Shown: positions 50,811-60,717, counted from the stretch's first letter. The stretch: 64,000 bases of DNA from Spirochaetia bacterium (GCA_963677925.2 CAXXYH010000004.1:1056001-1120000), one strand, 5' to 3'. The notes: generated from the letters alone by a model not told the origin. Translations and numbers: made by a program.

Positions 50811-51850
50811 TAAAGTTCTCCGTAGATCTTGAGACCTGCAGTTTCATTTAATCCGAAGCGGATGTTCATGTTCTGCACGGCCTGTCCCGATGCACCCTTT
50901 ACCAGGTTGTCGATAACCGAGAAAAGCATCAGTACTCCGTCCTCAACCTTCCAGCTTATCCGGCATGAGTTTGATCCCCAGACATCACGGCTCTGCGGCA
51001 GCCTGCCGCCGTCAGCCTCAACGAAGGGGCTGTTGCCGTAGTACTTCTCATAGACCGCGGCAATGTCCGCATCTGAAAGCTGCTTCGCAGGTTCTACAAT
51101 TATAGTTGATTCCATGCCCCGTTTCAGCGGAACAAGGTGCGGTGTAAAAAGAACCGGCAGAGCCTCATCGGCATTGCGGTCAAGCTCCTGCTTGATCTCG
51201 GGCTGATGCCTGTGGGAAGTGCCCGGAGCGTATGCACCGCAGTTTTCGGTTCTTTCCACAAAAAGGTTGTTCACAGCAGCCTTTTTCCCGGCACCTGAAA
51301 CTCCCGAGAGCGAATTGATTATCACCCTTCCTTTAAGCCCGAACTCCTTAACAATTGGAAGAGTAGGAAGCAGTACAGATGTAGGGTAGCAGCCCGGGTT
51401 TGCGACCAGGTCGGCTTTTTTTATCTCATCGGTATAAATTTCAGACAGTCCGTATACCGCCTTCTCAAGCAGGTCCGGGCGTTCGGGAGCAACCCCGTAG
51501 GCCTTGAAGAATGTATCGTGATTCTTGATTCTGAAGTCGGCTGAGAGGTCGATTATGACTGCCTTGCCGAAAAATGGTTCGCATATCTTTGCAGACTCAA
51601 GATGCGGAAGCGCCGCAAACACAACATCCGGTGCCGCCTTAACTGCCTCGGCTACGGTGGTCGTGCATCCGCCGGTTGCCGCGGTCTTTGCAGCAAGGGC
51701 AGTGTATACGCCCGGGTCGATTTCTTTTATATGCTTTCCGGCGCTAGATGATGAGACCGGTATGATTTCTGTAATATCCGGATGATCTGCAAGAAGCCGC
51801 AGCAGAATCATTCCTGTATAGCCTGTTGCTCCGAGTATCGCTGCTTTCAT
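50810..51850 (-). CDS. argC: N-acetyl-gamma-glutamyl-phosphate reductase
   Basis: GATGYTG, ANPGCYPT, HRHQPEI, IDNLVKGASGQAVQNMN. Confidence 0.95.
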   Translation of the reverse strand: MKAAILGATGYTGMILLRLLADHPDITEIIPVSSSSAGKHIKEIDPGVYTALAAKTAATGGCTTTVAEAVKAAPDVVFAALPHLESAKICEPFFGKAVIIDLSADFRIKNHDTFFKAYGVAPERPDLLEKAVYGLSEIYTDEIKKADLVANPGCYPTSVLLPTLPIVKEFGLKGRVIINSLSGVSGAGKKAAVNNLFVERTENCGAYAPGTSHRHQPEIKQELDRNADEALPVLFTPHLVPLKRGMESTIIVEPAKQLSDADIAAVYEKYYGNSPFVEADGGRLPQSRDVWGSNSCRISWKVEDGVLMLFSVIDNLVKGASGQAVQNMNIRFGLNETAGLKIYGEL

Positions 51851-52308
51851 TCTATCCCCCTGAAAAAATCTTCAATTTCCCTGCGGTCGCTGCCCTCCGA
51901 CAGTACCGCCATGATTGTATCGTCACCGGCCAGAGTTCCCAGTATCCCCGGGACTTCGATATTATCGATGGCCGAAGCCACGCTGTTCGCATGACCTTCA
52001 AGTGTTGAAATTACACATATATTGCCTGAAAAGGCAAGTGATACAAAGCCTCTCCGCAAATCTTCTATATATACAGAGGCGGCTCCTGCCTCCCTCTGCG
52101 GTTTCTGGTACTCGGGTATTGTATACTTGTAGCCCGATACTCCGTCGGGAACCTTTGCAACCTTCAGCTGTTTGAGGTCTCTGGACAGGGTAGCCTGGGT
52201 TACATCAAAGCCCTTCCGGTGCAGCTCGTTAAGCAGCTGTTCCTGACTTTCTATCCGTTTTTCGCGAATGATCTTTCTTACCGCCTCAAACCGCTGTGTT
52301 TTCTGCAT
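51847..52308 (-). CDS. argR: Arginine repressor
   Basis: SQEQL, VTQATLSRDL, GTLAGDDT. Confidence 0.93.
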   Translation of the reverse strand: MQKTQRFEAVRKIIREKRIESQEQLLNELHRKGFDVTQATLSRDLKQLKVAKVPDGVSGYKYTIPEYQKPQREAGAASVYIEDLRRGFVSLAFSGNICVISTLEGHANSVASAIDNIEVPGILGTLAGDDTIMAVLSEGSDRREIEDFFRGIE

Positions 52309-52318
52309 AAACAACCCC

Positions 52319-52356
52319 AATGTATAAATATACCAAAGTGTGCATAAATATACGCC
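52319..52356. promoter_or_regulatory. Tandem ARG boxes (ArgR operator)
   Basis: TGTATAAATATACC (52321) and TGCATAAATATACG (52341), 20 bp apart, matching the TG(A/C)ATAAAnATnCA ARG-box pattern directly upstream of argR. Confidence 0.75.
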
Positions 52357-52424
52357 TATTATCGGTTTGTATCAAGTAGTATTTATAGAAAAAAGATGAG
52401 ATAATCGCGGCATCGGAGGATAAG

Positions 52425-52685
52425 ATGGAATGCCGTAAGGGCTGTGCCGCATGCTGTATTGAAGCTTCAATTTCCCAGGCAATACCCGGAATGCCCGGCG
52501 GCAAACCCGGAGGCGTCCGCTGCGTCAATCTTGATGAGCACGGACTCTGCACTATCTGGAACACCCCCGATTACCCCTCAGCCTGCCGCAACTTCACTCC
52601 GACCCCGGAGTTCTGCGGTTCCACCAATGAAGAAGCAATGTCCATCCTCCGAGCCTTTGATAAGGCAACTACCCCGGATAAATAA
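52425..52685 (+). CDS. YkgJ-family cysteine cluster protein
   Basis: CRKGCAACC, GKPGGVRC, CTIW...CRNF...FCG. Confidence 0.88.
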   Translation: MECRKGCAACCIEASISQAIPGMPGGKPGGVRCVNLDEHGLCTIWNTPDYPSACRNFTPTPEFCGSTNEEAMSILRAFDKATTPDK

Positions 52686-52751
52686 TATGGATGGGGGAAG
52701 TATCCCCCCGGCTTCAGCCCGGCTGTTTCCGCCGCACTGCTTCCGGCTTGC

Positions 52752-53129
52752 TCACGCGCCGCCGGGTGCGTCGGGCCGGTCTTCCGCCACCCCCTCGGGG
52801 GCCCCTTCGGGGAAATCTTCAAGAGTTGAGAATTTAACCGCAAAGTAGGCTGGTACTTCATACGGATGGGTATCTACAAGGGCTTTAAGCGCCGGTTTAA
52901 TGTACTCATCAAGACACATCATTTCAACACGCATTTCCGGAATCCTTGAAAGGCTGTTTCGCTCGCCGATGAAGGGAGTGCTCTCTGAAAGCGGCTTGAA
53001 CTGGCCGGTTCCTTCAATTTCCCAGCTGCAGTTTGAGTACTCACCCATCGCACCGGCACCCGCCGCAAACATTGCCTCTTTGACCTCTTCGGCCTGCTCT
53101 TTGGGTACAAAGAAAGTTATCTGATACAT
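52752..53129 (-). CDS. YqfO/Nif3-like PII-type domain protein
   Basis: FFVP...AGAG.MGEYSNCSW...GTGQF, HPYEVPAY. Start at ATG 53129. Confidence 0.85.
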   Translation of the reverse strand: MYQITFFVPKEQAEEVKEAMFAAGAGAMGEYSNCSWEIEGTGQFKPLSESTPFIGERNSLSRIPEMRVEMMCLDEYIKPALKALVDTHPYEVPAYFAVKFSTLEDFPEGAPEGVAEDRPDAPGGA

Positions 53130-53252
53130 GGGGAGAGTATAACTCCTGTAAAGGGAATGTACCAGTAATCTGATGCTGAAAATGGAGGAGCCCATGATGA
53201 CAGTTAAAAACAGGAGTGAAGATATACAAGGTTAATAAATATATTGTTGTTA

Positions 53253-54461
53253 CTATTTCTCTTCAACGATGAAGCTGTAAGTGCCCAAGGCATCTGAAAT
53301 TTTAATATAGTAAGTTCCGGTTCCGGGACAGGTCCATTCGTAGCCCCAGTATGGAGAAATATCTACTGAAGAAGATAAATCAGAAGAATACAGTTTGAAA
53401 TCGGACAGTCCGGTTAAGGTATTACCTGTATTGATAAACCAGCTCAGTGTAGTGTCATTCCCAGACATCGATACGGTATAAGTGACTCCGTCTGATGCCG
53501 GGAATTTAAAATAATCAATATCTGAAAATGAATGCAGACTCCCCGAAACGGATTCACCGACAGTTATCAGTACAGCAGCAGCCGGGCTCTCATTGCTTTC
53601 ATATTCATCAGCGGGGACTGTATAACTCTGCAGGTACAATATCCGATCTTTTTCATCAACCTCGGATTCACTCAGGCGCAAATACATAGTTTCATTACTG
53701 TCGGAAGCGTAGCAGCGATATTCCGAATCTATTGAACCTCCTATACCCGAACCAGAGAAGTAAACATTCTCACCTGCCGGATCAACAGCTGTAAAATCAA
53801 CAGACTGGTACAGCCAGTAATCGTACCGGATTGCTCCGCTGTTTATCCCGATGGAATAGCAGGTATCCTGTAGCACTGGAAATGAAAACCAATCTGTCTG
53901 CCCCGACGAATTGAAAGTAATATAATATGGAGTATTAAGTGACAGCGGAGTACTTAAATCTCTCTCATCATTTGGTTCATATTTATCATCCTGCACTTCG
54001 TAATCTGACCAGAGATTTTCGATATAGTACCCATCGTATACGGTTCCGGATTTTGATATCACATTCATTATCATTGAATTTGGAAAATTTGTGTAGTCGA
54101 TTTCATCCAGATTTAATTCAACTGCGGTACTATCCAGCATATAAACAAGACTTTCGGTCACTGCAAATGAATTTGGCAGTAATAGAACACCTGCCTCTTC
54201 AGTTATATACTCTGTGCCTATATGTTGGGAAAAGGTGGAATAATCATCAGTATGATTAATGGGCATCGAAGCTGTCCATATCTGAATTCTTATCTTATCT
54301 GTCTCACGGATTTCAACCGGAGTATCCCAGGTAATATAGATTTTTTCTAAAGAGGCTTCTACCGCAACATTGGTTAGCTGTAGCCCCTCCGATGAAGAGG
54401 GATCGTGGCAGGCCATTGATAGAATTACTACTAAAACAAGAATAAAATTTTTTACTTTCAT
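53253..54461 (-). CDS. Lipoprotein with pre-peptidase C-terminal (PPC)-like domains
   Basis: Lipobox SMAC; two D.YE.N...D(W/Y)F.F units; GTYYIKI. Confidence 0.7.
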   Translation of the reverse strand: MKVKNFILVLVVILSMACHDPSSSEGLQLTNVAVEASLEKIYITWDTPVEIRETDKIRIQIWTASMPINHTDDYSTFSQHIGTEYITEEAGVLLLPNSFAVTESLVYMLDSTAVELNLDEIDYTNFPNSMIMNVISKSGTVYDGYYIENLWSDYEVQDDKYEPNDERDLSTPLSLNTPYYITFNSSGQTDWFSFPVLQDTCYSIGINSGAIRYDYWLYQSVDFTAVDPAGENVYFSGSGIGGSIDSEYRCYASDSNETMYLRLSESEVDEKDRILYLQSYTVPADEYESNESPAAAVLITVGESVSGSLHSFSDIDYFKFPASDGVTYTVSMSGNDTTLSWFINTGNTLTGLSDFKLYSSDLSSSVDISPYWGYEWTCPGTGTYYIKISDALGTYSFIVEEK

Positions 54462-54600
54462 TTCTAAATTCCATTTAAATATATAATTTTAACTAATAAT
54501 TAATGAACAAGGCTATAATCAGATATATTTCTTGTCAATTATTTTTTTCCATGCTTATAATATATCTGCATTAAAAAAAATATTTCAAATGGTAAATTTA

Positions 54601-55779
54601 ATGAAAAATAAAATTACAGTCCTTTTTCTTTTATTAGCTGTATTAAGCTGCTCTGACAATCCGGATGAACCTGAATACATGTTTGAATATGAACAGTATG
54701 TAATTACAGACAGCTTCCCCGGTGTAACTAATATAGAGATTACAGATATCGACAATGACGGCGATATTGATATCATCGGGTCATCGTATTCGGCAAACTG
54801 CATCACCGCTTGGCTGAACGACGGCGAGCAGAATTTCAGCAGTTTAGCTCTTGTTACATATCTTGAAGATGCTTATGGGATTTTTCCGGCGGATTTCAAT
54901 AACGACAGCCTGAATGATATTCTCTGTACCGATTACAACTCAGACAGGATTATAGTTCTGATCAATACCGGAGGATTGACCTACAGTCAGATCACTGTAG
55001 CAGATGATTCAGACTCTTTCGGTGCATGCTGTGTAACTGATTATAACGGTGACGGGTATTATGACATACTCCGTGCAGGCTCATCAGTTGACATATTTAT
55101 AAACAACAAGGACCAGAGTTTCACAAAAAGCACAGTCATGGACGATACCGGAACTGCCGTCTCTGTTTTTGAGTTCGATCATAACAATGACGGGTATACT
55201 GATTTCATCTATTCAGACAGAACAAACGATTGCCTTAAAATATTATCAAACAACGGAGATGGTACATTCAGCCTCCTTAAAATAGGAACAACCACCTATG
55301 TTGAAGGTCTTTTTCTTTCAAAACCGGTTGATTTTAATTCGGATGGTAATACAGACCTGATTGTATCCCATGTAAAGAATGTAATGTTTCTGGAGAATAA
55401 CGGAGAAAGCGACTATGAATCCAATCCTTATAATGATAGCAATTATACAAAGAATTTCCTTTTCCATGAGTGCACTTCCTACTCTGAAACCGGTTTTCTG
55501 AATAACATAAACTCAATGGCTGTCATAGATTTTGATGATGATGAAGACTATGATATAATCTGTTCCGGGTACCTCGATACTACTGTCGAAGTACTTATAA
55601 ATAAAGGGGCGAATGTGTTCTCAAGTACAATCATCTCATCAGATTATCAGGAACCGTATAAAAGCATTCCGGTTGATCTGGATAATGATGATGATCCCGA
55701 TATCGTTTCCTGTTCTCAAACAACCAATTCAATAGTCTGGTTTGAAGCGAAAGCTGTTCCTGTGGAAGAGGTATTCTGA
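54601..55779 (+). CDS. FG-GAP/VCBS repeat lipoprotein
   Basis: Lipobox VLSC; seven DxNxDGxxD-type Ca-binding repeats (beta-propeller). Confidence 0.85.
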   Translation: MKNKITVLFLLLAVLSCSDNPDEPEYMFEYEQYVITDSFPGVTNIEITDIDNDGDIDIIGSSYSANCITAWLNDGEQNFSSLALVTYLEDAYGIFPADFNNDSLNDILCTDYNSDRIIVLINTGGLTYSQITVADDSDSFGACCVTDYNGDGYYDILRAGSSVDIFINNKDQSFTKSTVMDDTGTAVSVFEFDHNNDGYTDFIYSDRTNDCLKILSNNGDGTFSLLKIGTTTYVEGLFLSKPVDFNSDGNTDLIVSHVKNVMFLENNGESDYESNPYNDSNYTKNFLFHECTSYSETGFLNNINSMAVIDFDDDEDYDIICSGYLDTTVEVLINKGANVFSSTIISSDYQEPYKSIPVDLDNDDDPDIVSCSQTTNSIVWFEAKAVPVEEVF

Positions 55780-56891
55780 TGAAAAAAGTACTCCTTCTTT
55801 TGTTAATTATTTTAGTATTCACATGCTCTGATAATACTGGCACCGGTAATGCAGAATCCGAAAACAGCTTTTTCTACACATCCAGTCTGTCTTTTGAAGA
55901 AATAGTGGTATGTTCCGACCTTACTTTTCCTCCGACGCTGGCGGTTGGAGATCTTGACAATGATGGTGATACGGATATCGTTTCAGGGATTTCATATCTT
56001 GAACATAAAATATACTATTATTTAAATGATGGCACCGATAAAAACTTCTCCAGAAAAAGTATGAATGATGATATTCCATATAACAATTTCAGAACATGGA
56101 TCTTTGATTTCAACAAGGACGGCTACAACGACTGCCTGGCTATTTCCACCAGTTCGGAACATGCAATTTATTTAAACAACAAGAACGGATCCTTCACTGA
56201 GACTTCACTATCCGAAACCTATCATAGTTATGTCCTGGCTGATGACAGGGACAATGACGGTGACATAGATCTTTTTCTAAATAATGTTTATCTGGAAAAT
56301 GATGGAAGCTGTAATTTTTCTGAAACAGCAATGTCGTATTATTTCAATTCAGCAGATCAGATGGAAACAGCTGATTTAAATTCAGACGGAACAAAGGATA
56401 TCGTCGTGCTCCAGGATGATCATAAAAACATAAGTTATTTTTTAAATAACACTTTGACGACGTTCTCTTCAGAAGTATCGATCGCAGACGCTACCGAATT
56501 TTTTAAAGAGATCAGGCTTGAAGATCTCGATAAGGACGGCGATGTTGATATCATTGGAACGGAAGACTACTCTGATTTAATTTACTGGTGGGAAAATGAT
56601 GGCAGCCTCGGGTTTACAAGACATACAATATCTTTTGAAATCACAGGCCCCTACGGTATAGAAACATCAGACATAGATAATGATAATGACATCGACATTA
56701 TTGCAACCTACGAAGAAGATAGCAAGACTGCAGTTTGGCTCAACGACGGTTCAATGAATTTTCATATGGAAACAGTTTCAAATGAATATGGAGCAAGTCT
56801 GGTTAATGTAACAGATTTTAATAGCGATGGCTATGATGATATCATAGTTACTTACTATAACGGGGTCGTTATTTTTTTGAATACAATGTAA
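55779..56891 (+). CDS. FG-GAP/VCBS repeat lipoprotein
   Basis: Lipobox VFTC; seven DxD/NxDGxxD repeats; TGATG coupling to the paralog. Confidence 0.85.
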   Translation: MKKVLLLLLIILVFTCSDNTGTGNAESENSFFYTSSLSFEEIVVCSDLTFPPTLAVGDLDNDGDTDIVSGISYLEHKIYYYLNDGTDKNFSRKSMNDDIPYNNFRTWIFDFNKDGYNDCLAISTSSEHAIYLNNKNGSFTETSLSETYHSYVLADDRDNDGDIDLFLNNVYLENDGSCNFSETAMSYYFNSADQMETADLNSDGTKDIVVLQDDHKNISYFLNNTLTTFSSEVSIADATEFFKEIRLEDLDKDGDVDIIGTEDYSDLIYWWENDGSLGFTRHTISFEITGPYGIETSDIDNDNDIDIIATYEEDSKTAVWLNDGSMNFHMETVSNEYGASLVNVTDFNSDGYDDIIVTYYNGVVIFLNTM

Positions 56892-56972
56892 TCCCTTTGA
56901 TAAATATCTGTTGTTTCTAAATACGGATTAATTTTATTTAATTAATAAATTTGACTGTAAATAAAGCTTAAA

Positions 56973-57113
56973 ATGACTCCTGGAGTAGATGAACTTTTGG
57001 TAAAAGCAGATAAATGGAATGCCGAGTTTTCAAGGTTGCATGAAATAATTCTGGAATGCAGTTTTTCTGAAAATTTTGAATGTGGACAACCAAAGGAGCA
57101 GAAGATACTTTAA
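56973..57113 (+). pseudogene. Truncated YdeI-family gene remnant
   Basis: MTPGVDELLVKADKWNAEFSRLHEIILECSFSENFECGQP resembles the YdeI N-terminus (NPKVDEFL.KA.KW.EE..KLR.IILDC.L.E..KW..P), then stops at 46 aa. Confidence 0.6.
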
Positions 57114-57154
57114 GCATGAGCTACTCATGTTCATAGGTAGTTTATTTTTATTGC

Positions 57155-57189
57155 TAAAAAAGCCGGAAACGGAAAACCGCTTCCGGCTT
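57155..57189 (-). terminator. Terminator of 57218..58738 gene
   Basis: AAGCCGGAA...TTCCGGCTT stem with a T run on the minus strand. Confidence 0.6.
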
Positions 57190-57217
57190 GAAGGGGATCT
57201 AAATCCTTCAAAAAGCT

Positions 57218-58738
57218 TTAGATTTTATCAGCGGGAACCAGCCTTCCTCCTCCGGCAAGGCTTATCGTTTTTCCATTCAGAAATTTATTCGATTCAGTAT
57301 CATAGGTAATGGTATGACCATTATCCTTAATCAGCAAGGAGATGCTGTCTTCTGATGGAACAGTGAGAGTGTTCACTGACGAGTTCCCTGTCACAACCCA
57401 GATGCTTGTTTCATCAAGTGCAACAGATGCGTTGTCTATACTGCCCTTCAGTTCCGAATTATCATTCAGAACAATATTAATACTGCTGGTATCGTCAGCA
57501 GTAATGATGCCGTTTAAAAACTGATTTCTGGCAGTAAGGCTTACCTTTCCGCCGTTGCTGCCTTCTGTGCCCCATCTGTCAGGTCCGGCCTTAAGCAGGA
57601 TTCCGGATGCCGAGCTGAGTTCCGCGTTATCAAGATTAATTTCCGCTCTTGTGTTTGTAATGTAGAAAATCGGACCTTCTTCCGCTCGCAGAGAGCCGCC
57701 ATCCATGCTGAATACAGCAGTTCCTGTCTCTGCATCTCCGGAGAAGCTCTGATAAAGCATAACTCCGCTTTTTATAAAGCCTTTAGCTTCAACACTTTCA
57801 AAGCTGATAGAGTTTCGCCCTTCTACAACCGCGGCTTCGGAACCCTTTGATACTATCGTAGCGTTTTTCAGGCTGATATTTCCGGTAGAGTACACTCCGG
57901 GCGAGCCTTCACCTTCTGTTTTGAGAACAGCATCAGTGACTGTTATAGTTCCCTCGCCCCGGTCTGTTGCAACAGCGGCGCAGTGAGCTCCTGATGTTGT
58001 GATTCTTATATCCTGCGCTTCAATAGTTCCGCCCATTGTTGCATCAAGTCCGCGGCTCGAATCTTCTGTGGTAACAATATTTATACTTTTAAGGCTTATA
58101 TTTGAACCTTCACCTGTGGAGAATACAGCATTGGCACCATCAGCCCCGGTTTTTATATCAGTGGCTGACATTACAAGTGATGAGCCGTCGGCTGCAAGAA
58201 CGGCTGCGTTCAGACCGTAAAACTCGCTTCCTTCCGTGTTTGTTGCAGCCCCTGTTTTATACAGTTTTGAATCTTTGAGTTCGAGGGATGCTCCGTTTAA
58301 AAGATAAATAACAGACTGGTTTTCACCAGATGCTGTCATATCCTCTCCGCTGCGTGAATCTTCACCACCGTCAAGCGTATACAGTCCTTTGAGAAGAGCG
58401 GTAACCTGCATCGCATCAGTGTGATCTCCCGGTGGAGGTCCCTGCATGCCGTCCTGCGGAGGCTGCTGCATCTTCCCGCCCGGCGGAGGCCCCATCATTT
58501 TACCCTCAGGCGGCGGTCCCGGAGGCGAGCCTTCAGGCCGTTCTCCCTGCGGAGGCTGTCCCTCAGGGGGCATGCCCTGCATAGAGCGTGAATCTCCGTT
58601 CTGTCCCGGGGGCTGCTGCATGGACAGCTGATTATTTTTTTCTTCTTTGTCTGTCAGGCATGATGTAAACAGCACAGCTGAAGCCGTAAAAAGAAGAAGC
58701 AGAATGTATTTCGGATTAAAGTGTGATTTCTTTTCCAT
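57218..58738 (-). CDS. Lipoprotein with Pro/Gln/Gly-rich linker and beta-helix-like domain
   Basis: Lipobox FTSC; GPPP/QPPQ-rich segment; repetitive I.T.G..(S/A) beta-helix coils. Confidence 0.75.
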   Translation of the reverse strand: MEKKSHFNPKYILLLLFTASAVLFTSCLTDKEEKNNQLSMQQPPGQNGDSRSMQGMPPEGQPPQGERPEGSPPGPPPEGKMMGPPPGGKMQQPPQDGMQGPPPGDHTDAMQVTALLKGLYTLDGGEDSRSGEDMTASGENQSVIYLLNGASLELKDSKLYKTGAATNTEGSEFYGLNAAVLAADGSSLVMSATDIKTGADGANAVFSTGEGSNISLKSINIVTTEDSSRGLDATMGGTIEAQDIRITTSGAHCAAVATDRGEGTITVTDAVLKTEGEGSPGVYSTGNISLKNATIVSKGSEAAVVEGRNSISFESVEAKGFIKSGVMLYQSFSGDAETGTAVFSMDGGSLRAEEGPIFYITNTRAEINLDNAELSSASGILLKAGPDRWGTEGSNGGKVSLTARNQFLNGIITADDTSSINIVLNDNSELKGSIDNASVALDETSIWVVTGNSSVNTLTVPSEDSISLLIKDNGHTITYDTESNKFLNGKTISLAGGGRLVPADKI

Positions 58739-58919
58739 TTCAACTCCCTGTTCTTGTATGTATTTAATGTAGATCCGGGGAGTGTAAAAAGAATCTATGC
58801 AGTGTAAAAAGCCGGTAAACTGTATGTAAAATTAAAGTGAGCAGAAACTCATTTGTTTTCTGTGAAAAGGGTGTTATATTAATCGATAAAAGAATAAACG
58901 TTTTTTTAAGGAGAAATAT

Positions 58920-59537
58920 ATGAAACGATTTCTTATATTAACAAGTGTAGTTGCAATAATCCTGGGATTGTCATCCTGTGGTAATATCGATGAAAGCAGT
59001 GCGGAAGAAGTTGCTCAGGTGATATCTGCGCCGGTAAATATGGGAATGCAGAATTCAACCACATCCAGAGCATGGAGCTTTTCGTCTTCTTTGTCTTATA
59101 CACATACTCAGGAAGATGGGGGTACTGCTGTATTTAGCTTTACTTCAGGTTCTTTAGAATTATCAGGTTACACATATAATGCAACTGCGGTATACACTGA
59201 TTACATCGTTACCTATACAAATGAAGATGGAATTGAGACTGAATACTTACTTGACGGTGAGGTCGGATATACTGTTACATACTCATTCCTCTCAACCAGT
59301 CTAACTTATGAACTTGTAATTGATAATACTGAATCGGATAATACACTTCATATTACCGGTGGAGGTATTGATTCAGACGTTGCGCTGGATATTACTAACA
59401 GCATGACTTTAGAATATACTTACTCCGAAACAGGAGGCTCAGCTACAGGAAATTATGATGTAAGCGGTACGGTAAACGGTGTAGAGATAGATGGAAAAAC
59501 CGGAACGTTTGATGTTTCTTATTCATCAACTCCATAA
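58920..59537 (+). CDS. Hypothetical lipoprotein
   Basis: Lipobox LSSC; AAGGAG RBS; beta-strand, Ser/Thr-rich. Confidence 0.75.
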   Translation: MKRFLILTSVVAIILGLSSCGNIDESSAEEVAQVISAPVNMGMQNSTTSRAWSFSSSLSYTHTQEDGGTAVFSFTSGSLELSGYTYNATAVYTDYIVTYTNEDGIETEYLLDGEVGYTVTYSFLSTSLTYELVIDNTESDNTLHITGGGIDSDVALDITNSMTLEYTYSETGGSATGNYDVSGTVNGVEIDGKTGTFDVSYSSTP

Positions 59538-59558
59538 TGATTTTTTTTCTCCCCAGCA

Positions 59559-59589
59559 GGCGGCTGTTTTTACAGCCGCTTTTTTTTTG
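59559..59589 (+). terminator. Rho-independent terminator
   Basis: GGCGGCTGT-TTTT-ACAGCCGCT followed by a long T run. Confidence 0.75.
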
Positions 59590-59614
59590 TCTCTATTAAT
59601 ACTATATTTGAAAG

Positions 59615-60717
59615 ATGATAACTGCTGTAGCAATGAGCGGCGGGGTGGATTCAAGCGCTGCCGCCTGGCTTCTTAAAAATGATCCCGGTTTCCGTGAGAT
59701 GTATCCTGACAACAAAATTTTCGGAGTAACCCATTGGTGGGATGAGCTGAGGCTGTCGAGTCCGGGGCTTCAGGAAAGGGCGGGCAATGTCTGCAGCAGA
59801 CTCGGGATGAATTACCATATAGTTGATCTTGAAAGCCTTTTCCGTAAAAGCGTAATGGATGATTTTGCCGGAAACTATCTTTCCGGGATGACCCCCAACC
59901 CCTGTGTACGCTGTAATGAACGGGTACGCTTCAGTGAGTTTTACCGCAGCTGCCTTGATATTGCCTGTGAAAAGGAAGGCGCAACGGCCGGGGACTTTCA
60001 CTTCTGCACAGGTCATTATGTACGGACTGCAGAATCCGGAGGAAGGCTCTTTTTACGAAAGGCTGCCGACCTCTCAAAGGATCAATCCTACATGCTTTAC
60101 CGGATAAAAAGGGATGTTCTGCAGCACTGTATCTTTCCTCTTGGAGAATATACAAAGGATAGAATCAAGATGATTGCGGATGAACACGGATTCTTCGGCA
60201 AGGCCATCAAGGAAAGCCAGGATATCTGTTTTATAGATGATGACTATATAAAATTCATGAAGCGTTATCTGCCCTCAGAAGTTCTTAAGGCTAAAGACCG
60301 TCCGGGTACAATCTGTGATACGGACGGAAAAAAGCTGGGAGCCTCCAGAGGTTTTCTGCACTATACAATCGGCCAGCGCAAGGGCCTGGGACTTGGAAAC
60401 GGCCCCTGGTATGTTGTCTCGATTGACCCTGCGGATAACCGTGTTGTTGTAGGCCGGAAGGAAGAGCAGGGCACTGATAATTTTGTTATTTCCGACACAA
60501 ACTGGTTTATAGACAAACCTGAAAAGCAGCTGGAATGTCGAGTTCAGGTACGTTACAATTCAACAGAATATGCAGCACAGTTACGCCTTCCGGTGATGAC
60601 AGGTTTGAGGTTCGTCTTGAATCTCCGGCCGTAGCCACGCCCGGCCAGTCAGCAGTCTTTTATGACGGAGAGCTCGTCATTGGCGGCGGCATTATTCAGA
60701 GACCCGATAATGTATGA
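59615..60717 (+). CDS. mnmA: tRNA 2-thiouridine(34) synthase, split by a -1 frameshift near 60570
   Basis: [43 protein letters not shown] in the first frame. The conserved C-terminus [20 protein letters not shown] lies in the -1 frame (60535..60717). Confidence 0.88.

Noticed and set aside
49987-50832. 281-aa plus-strand ORF
   Set aside because: Antisense shadow of argB; Ser/Ala/Pro-rich composition typical of reverse frames.
52690-52812. GC-rich stretch with short inverted repeats, possible ncRNA or MITE
   Set aside because: Largely the 3' coding end of the YqfO-like gene plus a convergent intergenic gap; no terminal repeats or second copy in the window.
57076-57309. 77-aa ORF at the islet edge
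   Set aside because: Crosses a terminator and overlaps the convergent gene end; the ydeI remnant in another frame explains the region better.
58430-58625. Short GC-rich repeats resembling an array
   Set aside because: They encode the Pro/Gln/Gly linker of a lipoprotein; there is no constant repeat-spacer periodicity, so not CRISPR.
60560-60590. Programmed -1 frameshift in mnmA
   Set aside because: No X XXY YYZ slippery site or obvious stimulatory structure.
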